Shown here piece by piece: positions 26,131 to 35,030 of a stretch of 64,000 nt of DNA (position 1 is its first letter; every line of letters starts with the position of its first letter). Position numbers and translations under genes: made by a program. The notes under the pieces are model-generated. The model was not told the DNA's origin. It did not search any database and saw only the letters and a program-made list of their open reading frames with translations. The stretch is from Candidatus Limnocylindrales bacterium. GTDB taxonomy: Bacteria; Chloroflexota; Limnocylindria; Limnocylindrales; CSP1-4. The stretch spans positions 3,055 to 67,054 of the forward strand of contig DASTIG010000116.1 of the NCBI GenBank assembly GCA_035717785.1. Direction: 5' to 3'.

Positions 26131-26529
26131 ATGAAGCGTTTCCTCCAGGGTGCGGCGCTCGCCGGCATCGCCGTCCTCACGGTCGCCTGTTCCGGCGGCG
26201 GCTCGACGCCGGCCCCGGCCTCCGTGGCCCCAGGTAGCCCGGGCGCCTCGGCACCGGCCGGCAGCGGCCTCGTCGTCGTCGCGGACCTCGCGTTCTCCCC
26301 GACGTCACTGACGGTCAAAGCCGACACCCCGACCGAGATCGTGCTCGATAACCAGGAGGCCGCCCCGCACAACATCGCCATCAAGGACGCCGCAGGCGCG
26401 ACGGTGTTCAAGGGCGAGATCGTTTCGTCCAAGCAGGTGACGAACGCTGTCCCGGCACTCGCCGCGGGCTCGTACACGTTCTGGTGCGAGGTCCATCCGA
26501 ACATGACCGGGACGCTCACCGCCGAGTAG
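26131..26529 (+). CDS. Cupredoxin (type 1 blue copper) lipoprotein
   Basis: AAGGAGA SD. Lipobox LTVAC. Copper ligands PHN ... FWCEVHPNMTG (His, Cys, His, Met). Confidence 0.85.
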   Translation: MKRFLQGAALAGIAVLTVACSGGGSTPAPASVAPGSPGASAPAGSGLVVVADLAFSPTSLTVKADTPTEIVLDNQEAAPHNIAIKDAAGATVFKGEIVSSKQVTNAVPALAAGSYTFWCEVHPNMTGTLTAE

Positions 26530-26661
26530 TTGCAAGCGTTCCACCAGAGCACCAACGGCTCCGAGTCCGATGCGGACGAGGGGCCGTTCCCGTTCAGGGG
26601 AGCCATGGGCCTCGAGGCTCGAGAATAGGATTCGAGTCCGGACCAGATCACAGGGAGGCAC

Positions 26662-27591
26662 ATGCTCGAGATCGATGACCTGGCGAAGCGCTACGGGCCG
26701 GTCGTGGCGCTCGACGGCGCGACCTTCACCGCCCGACCCGGGCGGGTCGTCGGCTTCCTCGGACCGAATGGCGCCGGCAAGACCACGACGATGCGCTGCA
26801 TCTTCGGGCTCGCCCGGCCCGATCGAGGCACTGTCCGATGGAAGGGCGAGCCGGTCGATCGAGAGGCCCGTCTCCGCTTCGGCTACATGCCCGAACAGCG
26901 CGGCCTCTACCCGCGGATGCGGGTCGGCGAGCAGATGAGCTACTTCGCGCAGCAGCACGGGATGCGCGCCCGCGACGCCGATGCCGCCGCGGCGCGCTGG
27001 CTCGACCGGATGGGTCTCGGCGATCGCGCGAAGTCGAAGCTCGAGGAGCTGTCCCATGGCAACCAGCAGCGCATCCAGCTGGCGGTGGCACTCGCCCACG
27101 ATCCGGAGCTGCTCGTCCTCGATGAGCCGTTCTCCGGGCTCGACCCGATCGGCATCGCCACGATGACCGAGGTCGTCCACGAGCAGGCGGCTGCTGGTGT
27201 CGGCGTGCTGTTCTCGAGCCACCAGCTCGACCTCGTCGAGGACGTCTGCGAGGACGTGGTGATCATCGCCCGGGGCAGGATCGTCGCCGCGGGCGCGATC
27301 GATGAGCTCAAGTCCCGCTCGGGCCGACGTCACCTCGAAGTCGAGGTCGTCGGGTCCGATGGGGCGTGGCTCGATGGCGAAGGTTCGCTCACGGTCCTCG
27401 AACGCGACGGCGATCGCGTGAAGCTGCTGGTGGCGGATGACGTCGATCTCGAAGGGATGCTTGCGCGGGCACAGGCGGCCGGTGAGGTGCGTGCGTTCAC
27501 GTATCAGCCGCCGAAGCTGTCGGAGCTGTTCATGGAGGCGGTCACGCCGACGGCCGCCACGTCGACTCCCGCCCCCGAGGCGGATCGATGA
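26662..27591 (+). CDS. ABC transporter ATP-binding protein (ABC-2 subfamily)
   Basis: GPNGAGKTTT, LSHGNQQR, LLVLDEPFSGLD. AGGGAGG SD. Confidence 0.9.
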   Translation: MLEIDDLAKRYGPVVALDGATFTARPGRVVGFLGPNGAGKTTTMRCIFGLARPDRGTVRWKGEPVDREARLRFGYMPEQRGLYPRMRVGEQMSYFAQQHGMRARDADAAAARWLDRMGLGDRAKSKLEELSHGNQQRIQLAVALAHDPELLVLDEPFSGLDPIGIATMTEVVHEQAAAGVGVLFSSHQLDLVEDVCEDVVIIARGRIVAAGAIDELKSRSGRRHLEVEVVGSDGAWLDGEGSLTVLERDGDRVKLLVADDVDLEGMLARAQAAGEVRAFTYQPPKLSELFMEAVTPTAATSTPAPEADR

Positions 27592-28784
27592 GCCGCTGGA
27601 GAAGCGTCTGGCTCGTCGCGAAGCGCGAGATCCTCGAGCGTGGCCGGAGCCGCGGCTTCGTCTTCTCCGTGCTGTTCACGACGGTGCTCGTCGTCGGGTC
27701 GTTCATCGTGCCGACGCTGCTGTTCGGCGACGAGGAGACGACCCGGATCGGCCTGGTCGAACCAGCACCGCCCGGGCTGGAACTCGCGATCACGGCCACG
27801 GCCGGACAGATGGATCGTGTCGTCAAGATCGTCCCGTTCGACAACGCCCAGACCGCTGATGCGGCCCTGACCGAGGAGTCGATCGACGCGGTGGTCGCGG
27901 TGCCGAGCGACCTGTCCTCGGCTGGAACCATCGTGTTCGCGAAGGAGCCCGACCAGCTCGTCACGCAGCTGGTCTCTGCGGCTGTCATCGCGCTCCGGGT
28001 GCAGGGCATCATGGTCGACGCCGGGGTCGATCCGGGCGCTCTCATCGGCGCGCAACAGGTTCCGACTGTCACGTCGCTCGATCCGCAGACGGACGCCGAT
28101 CAGTCGCGCTTCCTGTTCGCGAACATCGGGGCGGTGCTGATCCTCGTCGGGATCTTCAGCTTCGGCTTCACGGTGCTCACGGGTGTCGTCGAGGAGAAGC
28201 AGAGTCGGGTGGTGGAGGTCGTCCTCGCCACGGTCCGCGCACGAGACCTGCTCATGGGCAAGGTGCTGGGCATCGGCATCCTCGGCGTCGTCCAGCTGCT
28301 CGTGTTCGTGGTCGCGGCGCTCGGCGCCGCCATCTTGACGAACCGCTTCGCCCTGCCCGCGACGACGCCCGCCGCCATCGCATTGCTGGTCGTGTGGTTC
28401 GTGCTCGGCTACGCGCTCTATTCGACAGCGCTCGGTTTCCTCGGTGCGCTCGCGTCGCGGCTGGAGGAGGCGTCGAACGCGTCGACGCCGGTGACGATGA
28501 TCGCGATGATCAGCTACTTCGTGGCGATCTTCGCCGTCATCAACGATCCGGAGGGGATCGTCGCCCGGGTGGCCACCTTCATCCCCGCCTCCGCGCCGTT
28601 CGTCGTGCCGCTCCGGGCAGCGTTCGACGCGATCTCACCTGTCGAGGTGGTCGTCGCGATCCTTGTGACCGTCATCGCGATCTGGGTGCTGTTCGCGATC
28701 GGCGCCCGGGTCTACGCCGGCGCGGTGCTGCAGACCGCGGGGCGGATGAAGGTCCGCGACGCCTGGCGGTCGGCCGGGGAGTAG
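27588..28784 (+). CDS. ABC-2 type transporter permease (NatB-like, large external loop)
   Basis: ATGA overlap with the ATPase gene. N-terminal TM, a ~150-aa soluble loop, then 5 TM segments. Confidence 0.85.
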   Translation: MSRWRSVWLVAKREILERGRSRGFVFSVLFTTVLVVGSFIVPTLLFGDEETTRIGLVEPAPPGLELAITATAGQMDRVVKIVPFDNAQTADAALTEESIDAVVAVPSDLSSAGTIVFAKEPDQLVTQLVSAAVIALRVQGIMVDAGVDPGALIGAQQVPTVTSLDPQTDADQSRFLFANIGAVLILVGIFSFGFTVLTGVVEEKQSRVVEVVLATVRARDLLMGKVLGIGILGVVQLLVFVVAALGAAILTNRFALPATTPAAIALLVVWFVLGYALYSTALGFLGALASRLEEASNASTPVTMIAMISYFVAIFAVINDPEGIVARVATFIPASAPFVVPLRAAFDAISPVEVVVAILVTVIAIWVLFAIGARVYAGAVLQTAGRMKVRDAWRSAGE

Positions 28785-28796
28785 CCCTCCGTGAGC

Positions 28797-29738
28797 TCAG
28801 TCCAGCGGCTCGAACAGCCCGGGCAGGCCCCCAGCGTGCCAGAACACCACACGCTCGCCGTCCCACGCCCTGGAGCGGATCCCGGCGACGAGCCCGGCGA
28901 GCGCCTTGGCCGTATAGATCGGATCGACCAGGATCGCCTCGGTCCGGCCCAGGATCGTCGCCGCTTCGGCGGCCTCGGCGGTCGGCCGGCCGTAACCCTC
29001 GCCGATATGCGTCTCGTCGAGGTCGATCGCCGCGTCGGCGACCCCGCCCAGTTCCCCGATCGTCGCCGCGATCAACGGTCGTAGATCCGCCGCCGACCGC
29101 GCGACGACGACGCCCGACACCGCGATCGAGGACGGGAGGCCGGCGCGCAAGCCGGACTGGGTCCCGCCGGTTGCAGTCGGCAGCACGACGCGGTCCATGG
29201 TGAGTCCCTCCTCCGACGCCTGTGCCACGAGCTCGTGAGCAGCCAACATCTGCCCGAACGCTCCGTTCGAGCCAGAGCCACCAACGCCGATCACGTAGGG
29301 CCGTCCTCCGCCCGCGGTCACCTCGCGTGCCACCCGCGCGACGGCAGCCTCCCGCTCGTCGCGATCTGCGCCGTCCAGCAGGTGCACCGTCGCGCCGAAC
29401 GAGCGTGCGATCCGGATGCCTGGACCGGGCGGGTCCACCTGCGGTCCCGACAGCACGAGGTGAACGCCCAGGCCAGCCCGCGCTCCTGCCGCCGCCGTGA
29501 GCCGGGCGTGGTTCGACCAGCGCCGACCGCTCGTCACCAGCGTGTCGCAGCCGTCCGCCAGTGCGGCACCGACGAGGAACTCGAGGTTGCGCAGCTTGTT
29601 GCCACCGAAGGCCAGCGGCAGGAGGTCCTCGCGTTTCGCCCAGATCTCGACGCGGCCGCCGAGCTCTGCGCTGAAGCGTGGCAGGGGGTGGAGCGGCGAC
29701 GGCCCGTCGATCAGTGGGAATCGGGGCGGGGAGGCCAT
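28797..29738 (-). CDS. PLP-dependent D-cysteine desulfhydrase / ACC deaminase family protein
   Basis: GGNKLRNLEF (PLP lysine), SNHARLTAAA, glycine-rich GVGGSGSNG. Confidence 0.85.
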   Translation of the reverse strand: MASPPRFPLIDGPSPLHPLPRFSAELGGRVEIWAKREDLLPLAFGGNKLRNLEFLVGAALADGCDTLVTSGRRWSNHARLTAAAGARAGLGVHLVLSGPQVDPPGPGIRIARSFGATVHLLDGADRDEREAAVARVAREVTAGGGRPYVIGVGGSGSNGAFGQMLAAHELVAQASEEGLTMDRVVLPTATGGTQSGLRAGLPSSIAVSGVVVARSAADLRPLIAATIGELGGVADAAIDLDETHIGEGYGRPTAEAAEAATILGRTEAILVDPIYTAKALAGLVAGIRSRAWDGERVVFWHAGGLPGLFEPLD

Positions 29739-29745
29739 CGCGCCG

Positions 29746-29763
29746 ATGGTAGCGACCTATCAT
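29746..29763. promoter_or_regulatory. Back-to-back -10-like hexamers in a 31-bp divergent spacer
   Basis: Minus strand TACCAT (29746-29751) lies 7 nt before ATG 29738. Plus strand TATCAT (29758-29763) lies 6 nt before ATG 29770. Confidence 0.5.
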
Positions 29764-29769
29764 CGGCGT

Positions 29770-30228
29770 ATGCCCGAGCCAGTCGAGCCCACGACCCATC
29801 TCGGCATGACGGCATGGGGCTTCGCGTTCCCGGGTGCGCTGCGCGATCGACTGACCGCGCTCGCACTCGATGGGACGAAGACCGCGACAGCGAGCCTGGG
29901 GGTGGACTACGTCGTCGAGGGCGTCATGCCGCCGCGCGCCGGGGATCGCGAGGTCATGCTCGACTCGAACGGACGGCCGGTCGCGATCGTCGAGATCACC
30001 CGCGTCGAGCTCTCGACGATCGGGCTGGTCGGTGACGAGTTCGCCCGCGCCGAAGGTGAGGGCTTCGCAGATGCCGCCGACTGGCGGACCTCACACGAGG
30101 GCTTCTGGAACGGTTACATCGACGATCTGCGGACGGGCCTCAACGACCCTTCGTTCGAGCTCACCGAGTCGACCGTGGTCGTGTGTGAGTGGTTCAGGGT
30201 GGTCGAGCACCTGGAGCCGGGGAGCTGA
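29770..30228 (+). CDS. ASCH domain protein
   Basis: 152 aa with a PUA-like ASCH pattern (LALDGTKTATASL ... VEITRVE ... DEFARAEGEGF). The ATG is 6 nt after TATCAT. Confidence 0.6.
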   Translation: MPEPVEPTTHLGMTAWGFAFPGALRDRLTALALDGTKTATASLGVDYVVEGVMPPRAGDREVMLDSNGRPVAIVEITRVELSTIGLVGDEFARAEGEGFADAADWRTSHEGFWNGYIDDLRTGLNDPSFELTESTVVVCEWFRVVEHLEPGS

Positions 30229-30644
30229 TGGCGACACGGATCACGCCCGGCGATCGCGTCACCAGCGTGGGCCAGCACGCGGGGATGGAGCGCTCGATCG
30301 CGATCTCGCGATCGACGGTCGGCTCGGAGCGACTCTATTCATCGATCGTCTCGACCGCCCCGGGCGACAAGACCCGCATCCACCATCACGGCGACTGTGA
30401 GACATCGATCTATATCGTGTCCGGGAGCGCGCGCTACACCTGGGGCCCGACAGGCCTCGAGGATGAGATGACCGCATCGACCGGCGACTTCGTCTACATA
30501 CCGGCGGGCGAGATCCACGTCGAAGAGAACGCAAGTTGGACCGAGCCACTGGTCGTCGTGCTGACACGGAACTGCCCGGATTCGCACGTGGTCTATTCCG
30601 ACGGCGGCCCGGACGGCGCCGACGATGTGCCCGCCCCCTGCTGA
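30228..30644 (+). CDS. Cupin domain protein
   Basis: Cupin motifs RIHHHGDCETSIYIVSG and GDFVYIPAGEIHVEEN. Its start overlaps the ASCH stop (TGATG). Confidence 0.8.
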   Translation: MATRITPGDRVTSVGQHAGMERSIAISRSTVGSERLYSSIVSTAPGDKTRIHHHGDCETSIYIVSGSARYTWGPTGLEDEMTASTGDFVYIPAGEIHVEENASWTEPLVVVLTRNCPDSHVVYSDGGPDGADDVPAPC

Positions 30645-30653
30645 GGCCGAACG

Positions 30654-31766
30654 ATGACCGTCGGCTGGCGCGACCGCACGCTGCTGGACCTGCTGACCGA
30701 GCACGGCCTGGATCTGCTCCCGGAACACGAGTTCCCGAACGACGGTTGGTCCGGGGCGACGTTCACGAGCCTCGTCGATGGGTTCGGCCGGCGCTACGTC
30801 CTGAAGCGCACCTCGCTCGATCGCGATTGGATCGCCCGGGCCACGCGCGACGATGCGCTGCGCGAAGCCTGGCTGGCCGCTCTCCCGCCGGGGGCGATGG
30901 CGTGGATCCCACGCGCCATGACGCCCTACCTTGGAGCCGCCGCCGACGGCGATGGCGTCGCGATTCTCACGCCGGACCTCTCGAACGAGCTGATCGCCTG
31001 GGAGCGGCCGGGTCACGACCCGGACATCGATGAGGCGACGCTCGATCGCGTCCTCCGGGCCATGGCGCGTCTCCATGCCGTGCCCTGGAGCAAGATCCTG
31101 GAGTCGGCCGGCGAACGCGACGGCCAGCCGCCGCCGCCGTGGTGTCCGCTGGCGGAGCGCCTGACGCTGCTCACCCCGACGTCCGCCGCCCGCTACGAGG
31201 CGGAGGGCAACCCCGTCGGCAACCGGTTCCTGGCGGGCTGGGAGGCGTTCGCGCGGCGGGCCCCGTCCAGCGCCTGGGAGCTCGTGGACCGGTTGTCCGC
31301 CGATCCGTCGCCGCTGGTCCTGGCGCTCGAGGTGCTGCCATGGGTAGGGCTGCATGGGGACCTGAAACTCGCCAACGTCGCGCTGCTCCCAGGAGATCAA
31401 GTGGGGTTCATCGACTGGCAGATGACACTGCGAGCCCCGATCGCCGTTGAGTTGGGCTGGTTCCTCGTCTCGAACAGCGGCTCGCTGCCGGTCGGGCCCG
31501 ACGAGGTGATGCGCCGCTACCGGGACGCCCTCGAGTGGGACAGCGGCCGCTGGGCGGCCGAAGGTGCTCCGAGCGACTTCGCCGGCCTTACCGGCGATTG
31601 GGACCTCCAGCGCGATCTGACCTGGATCGTGGGTCTGTTGCTCCGCGGCTGGCGCAAGGGCCTTGACGCAGAGGCCGGCGTGAAGCTGCCGTCCGGGACC
31701 AGCGCCGCCGATGACCTCGCGTGGTGGAGTGAGCAAGCCGTCGAGGCGTCGTATCGCCGGCTCTGA
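30654..31766 (+). CDS. Phosphotransferase (APH/choline-kinase-like) family protein
   Basis: Brenner-type HGDLKLANV plus FIDWQ. Confidence 0.75.
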   Translation: MTVGWRDRTLLDLLTEHGLDLLPEHEFPNDGWSGATFTSLVDGFGRRYVLKRTSLDRDWIARATRDDALREAWLAALPPGAMAWIPRAMTPYLGAAADGDGVAILTPDLSNELIAWERPGHDPDIDEATLDRVLRAMARLHAVPWSKILESAGERDGQPPPPWCPLAERLTLLTPTSAARYEAEGNPVGNRFLAGWEAFARRAPSSAWELVDRLSADPSPLVLALEVLPWVGLHGDLKLANVALLPGDQVGFIDWQMTLRAPIAVELGWFLVSNSGSLPVGPDEVMRRYRDALEWDSGRWAAEGAPSDFAGLTGDWDLQRDLTWIVGLLLRGWRKGLDAEAGVKLPSGTSAADDLAWWSEQAVEASYRRL

Positions 31767-31792
31767 CCGCCGGATCACGAAGGAGAGCGACC

Positions 31793-32173
31793 ATGCCGAA
31801 GCACGTCCCGAAGCTCCCCGGTGTCGAGCCGGGGCCGTATCCCTTCTCCCAGGTCGTCGAGGCGAACGGGTTCGTCTTCCTCGCCGGGCAGGTCGGCGAT
31901 GCGCCGGGATCGCACGGTGCGGTCCCGGGTGGCATCGAGGCCGAGACCCGGGCCATGCTCGAGAACGTCGGACGGCTCCTCACGGCCGCAAGGCTCACGT
32001 TCGCCGACGTCGTCAAGGCTACGGTCTACCTCAGGGACTTCGGCGACTTCGCCGCCATGAACACGGTCTACCGCGAGTACTTCCCAGACGATCCGCCGAC
32101 GCGGGCGACGGTCGGCGTCACGGCGCTGGCGGCGGACTATTCGGTCGAGATCGAGGTCATGGCCGCCCGCTGA
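31793..32173 (+). CDS. ridA: RidA/YjgF/TdcF-family reactive-intermediate deaminase
   Basis: GFVFLAGQVG ... ATVYLRDFGDFAAMNTVYREYF ... PTRATVGV. AAGGAGAG SD. Confidence 0.85.
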   Translation: MPKHVPKLPGVEPGPYPFSQVVEANGFVFLAGQVGDAPGSHGAVPGGIEAETRAMLENVGRLLTAARLTFADVVKATVYLRDFGDFAAMNTVYREYFPDDPPTRATVGVTALAADYSVEIEVMAAR

Positions 32174-32409
32174 GGGGAGCGGCGCGCGTCACCGCGCGGG
32201 TCGTGTGCACCACATGACCGTTTCTGCGATCGAGCGCAACCTCGCCGCCGGTCCGGTGCATCGGGTGCACCAGCAGTCGGCAGAGAGGGCCCGTGTTGCC
32301 GATCTGGTGCATCGGATGACCCGCGGGAAGGATGGAGCGCACGCCAAGCTCCCGAATGGTCACCACGTGCACGCCGCGTCGGTAATGGCTCGTCGGGGCT
32401 GGAACGCGA

Positions 32410-32937
32410 TCATCGACCCTTCACCTCACCGAGGAACGCCGCGACGCGGTCGAGCGCGTCATCGAGGACGGGCATGAGGCCGTGGCCCAGCTTCGGGTAG
32501 GTGACCAGCTCGGCCGGGCCGCCGAACCGCGACACGGCCGCGCGCAGCAATCCGATCCGGGCGAACGGGTCGGATTCGCCCGAGAGCAGCAGCACCGGGC
32601 AACGGACCGCCGCGAAATGCGCCGTTCGGGCGTCGGTCCTCTCCGGAGAACCGGGCGGGTGCAGCGGGAAGGAGAAGAGCACGAGCGCCGCGTAGGGCGC
32701 GTCCGGTTCCGCCGCGGCCAGGCTGGCGACCCGGCCTCCGTACGAGTGGCCGCCGACGACGACATCCGGATTGCTCGGCACGACCTTGTGGAACGCGGGC
32801 AGCGCCTCTTCGGCCTTGCGCTTCGGCAGGTCGATGGCTATCGCGGCGATGCCGCGGGCGCGCAATCCGTCGACGAACGGCGCCATGCTCGCCGACGTCC
32901 CGGAGGCGCCGTGTCCCAGGTAGCAATGGAGCACCAT
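32410..32937 (-). CDS. Alpha/beta hydrolase (dienelactone-hydrolase-like)
   Basis: GHSYGG nucleophile elbow and C-terminal LGHG. Start at ATG 32937 (alternative 32964). The upstream 115 codons of the track ORF are antisense to tag. Confidence 0.75.
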   Translation of the reverse strand: MVLHCYLGHGASGTSASMAPFVDGLRARGIAAIAIDLPKRKAEEALPAFHKVVPSNPDVVVGGHSYGGRVASLAAAEPDAPYAALVLFSFPLHPPGSPERTDARTAHFAAVRCPVLLLSGESDPFARIGLLRAAVSRFGGPAELVTYPKLGHGLMPVLDDALDRVAAFLGEVKGR

Positions 32938-32950
32938 GTCGTCCGTAGCG

Positions 32951-32956
32951 TAGCCT
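32951..32956 (+). promoter_or_regulatory. -10-like hexamer TAGCCT, 6 nt before the tag ATG
   Basis: The spacer to the divergent hydrolase start (32937) is only 25 bp. Confidence 0.4.
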
Positions 32957-32962
32957 TCGGCC

Positions 32963-33553
32963 ATGACCGAAGGACTGTCGCGCTGCTGGTGGTCCGCTGC
33001 CGAGAGCGCGCGGCCGGACCCGCGGATGGTCGAATACCACGACACCGAATGGGGCGTGCCGACGCACGACGATCGGGAGCTGTTCGAGCGACTCGCACTC
33101 GAATCGTTCCAGGCCGGGCTGTCCTGGTCGACGATCCTCAACAAGCGTGCGGCGTTCCGGGCCGCCTTCAGGGACTTCGAACCGCGGGTCGTCGCGGCCT
33201 TCGACGATGACGACCGGGCACGCCTCATGGCCGATGCGGGGATCGTCCGCAATCGGGCCAAGATCGACGCCACGATCGGCAATGCGGCCGGCGTCCTGGC
33301 CCTGGCAGACGAGTTCGGGTCGTTCGACGCCTACCTGGCGACGATGGTGCCCGGCCCGCCGGCACCGCTGCCGGCCGGGACGAAGGGTGGTGAGATCCCG
33401 GCCTCGACGCCGGTGTCCGATGCGCTGTCGCGTGACCTGCGGAAGCGCGGCTTCAAGTTCGTGGGCACGACGATCGTCTACGCGTTCATGCAGAGCGTCG
33501 GGCTCGTCGACGATCACCTGCCGGGCTGCTTCCGTTACGGCGTGACACGCTAG
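32963..33553 (+). CDS. tag: DNA-3-methyladenine glycosylase I
   Basis: RCWW...DP..VEYHDTEWGVP, ESFQAGLSW, FVGTTIVYAFMQSVGLVDDH. Confidence 0.9.
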   Translation: MTEGLSRCWWSAAESARPDPRMVEYHDTEWGVPTHDDRELFERLALESFQAGLSWSTILNKRAAFRAAFRDFEPRVVAAFDDDDRARLMADAGIVRNRAKIDATIGNAAGVLALADEFGSFDAYLATMVPGPPAPLPAGTKGGEIPASTPVSDALSRDLRKRGFKFVGTTIVYAFMQSVGLVDDHLPGCFRYGVTR

Positions 33554-33611
33554 CTGTCACAAGCCCCGCCGAGACTCCGGCCATCAAACCACTACACGGA
33601 GTCCTCGACAC

Positions 33612-33749
33612 ATGATCACCATCGACTGCCCGCTCTGCGCGGGCGAAGCCACGACCGATGAAACACTCTCGGACATGACCTGCGCCGGCTGCGGCGTGAC
33701 GGTCGACATCGCGCCGGATCCCGAAGCGTTGCTCGACGCCGCCGCCTGA
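33612..33749 (+). CDS. Small zinc-ribbon protein (45 aa)
   Basis: Not in the ORF track (<60 aa). ACGGAG SD 8 nt upstream. MITIDCPLCAGEATTDETLSDMTCAGCGVTVDIAPD has two CxxC knuckles. High GC3. Confidence 0.55.
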   Translation: MITIDCPLCAGEATTDETLSDMTCAGCGVTVDIAPDPEALLDAAA

Positions 33750-33750
33750 G

Positions 33751-34977
33751 CTACGGCGGCGTGGCTGGCATGACCGTCGCGCGCCGCAACGCGCGCACAG
33801 GCACGAAGGCCAGCGTCAGGACGATCAGACCGATGCCCATCACGGCGATCGTCGTCGAGCCGCTGCTCAGATCGATGAGCACGCCGCCGGCGAGCATGCC
33901 GATCGGTTGGAGCCCCAGCGAGATCGTGCGCGCCGTGCTGCCGACCCGGCCGAGGAGCGCATCGGGTGCATGATTGCTTCGCGCTGTCAGGTATGTCACG
34001 AGGACCACGCTCTGGGCGATGCCCGCGATCACGGCGACGCCCAGCAATACGGGCACTTGGCTCGTGCGCGAGATCGCGAAGAGCAACACGCCTGTGATGA
34101 ACGTTCCGCCGAGGAGAAACGGCCCCACGGGCCGGCGGCTCACGCGAGCGGCGATCAGCGCACCGATGACCGTGCCGATGCCGTATGCCGTCAGGACCAG
34201 CCCGAGGATCGTCTCCTCGTAGCCGAGGTCGCGCGTGACGTGCACGGCCAGCGCCGTGACGAGAGGCGCCGTGGTGATCGAGACGAGGCCCCAGAACAGG
34301 ATCATCGAGCGCAGGAGCGGGTGGCGGACGATGTAGTCGATGCCCTCACGGATGTCCGCGGCGAGGCTCGCGGGCTGCCGATCGGTCGGTGCGCGCAGGT
34401 CGCGACGCATGAACGCAAGGACGAGGCTGGACAGGGCGAACGACGCGGCGTCGATGGCGAGGGTCAGGCCCGGGCCGATCGTCGCCGCCAGTATCCCGGC
34501 GATGGCCGGCCCGATGATGAACCCGAACGAGTAGATGGCCTCGAAGATCGAGTTCGCACGTGCCAGCTGCGACCGGCCGACGAGCACCGGCACCGATGCC
34601 GTGTAGCCGGCCAGGAAGAACGAGCGAAGGACACTCATCGGCGCGGTCACGATGAGGATCACCGCCAACGTCGGCCCGCCGAGCAGGACCGAGATCGGGA
34701 TGAGGGCGGTCAGAGCCGCTCGGCCGAGGTCCGCCAGGAACATCATTCGGCGGCGATCGCTCCGGTCGGCGAGGGCGCCGGCGACCATCCCGAACAGGAG
34801 GTCCGGCAGCATCTCCAGCGCACCGACGATGCCCATCATCAGCCCCGACCCGGTCAGGGCCAGGACGAGCAGTGGCAGGGCCGTGAAGCTCACCGCGTCG
34901 CCGAGAGCGGAGATGCCCTGCGACGTCAGCAGGACACGGAAATCGTGATTGCGACCGAGGGCAGCTGGCTCAGGCAC
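33751..34977 (-). CDS. MFS transporter (EntS/MFS_3-like)
   Basis: About 12 hydrophobic segments with an MFS loop motif (ALADRSDRRRMM). GTG start 6 nt after TACCAT. Confidence 0.85.
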   Translation of the reverse strand: MPEPAALGRNHDFRVLLTSQGISALGDAVSFTALPLLVLALTGSGLMMGIVGALEMLPDLLFGMVAGALADRSDRRRMMFLADLGRAALTALIPISVLLGGPTLAVILIVTAPMSVLRSFFLAGYTASVPVLVGRSQLARANSIFEAIYSFGFIIGPAIAGILAATIGPGLTLAIDAASFALSSLVLAFMRRDLRAPTDRQPASLAADIREGIDYIVRHPLLRSMILFWGLVSITTAPLVTALAVHVTRDLGYEETILGLVLTAYGIGTVIGALIAARVSRRPVGPFLLGGTFITGVLLFAISRTSQVPVLLGVAVIAGIAQSVVLVTYLTARSNHAPDALLGRVGSTARTISLGLQPIGMLAGGVLIDLSSGSTTIAVMGIGLIVLTLAFVPVRALRRATVMPATPP

Positions 34978-34983
34978 CAGCGG

Positions 34984-35023
34984 ATGGTACGGGCGGGCCC
35001 GGTCCCGTCGCGTGCCCTACGAT
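34984..35023. promoter_or_regulatory. Divergent -10-like hexamers for the MFS (TACCAT, minus) and aldolase (TACGAT, plus) genes
   Basis: TACCAT (34984-34989, rc) lies 6 nt before GTG 34977. TACGAT (35018-35023) lies 7 nt before ATG 35031. Confidence 0.5.
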
Positions 35024-35030
35024 CGCTGCC

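Noticed and set aside
26628-26639. tRNA T-arm-like GGATTCGAGTCC
   Set aside because: The flanks cannot form T, anticodon, D or acceptor stems. The sequence lies just upstream of the ABC ATPase gene's SD.
26052-26663. 203-aa minus-strand ORF over the cupredoxin gene
   Set aside because: It is antisense to a gene with a lipobox and a full type-1 copper ligand set, it has no recognisable domain, and its 5' end would overlap the ABC ATPase gene's SD and start codon region.
32938-33282. The N-terminal 115 codons of the 290-aa minus-strand ORF 32410-33282
   Set aside because: They are antisense to tag, whose N-terminus (RCWW...YHDTEWGVP) is diagnostic. The hydrolase fold starts at about MVLHCYLGHG, so ATG 32937 is used.
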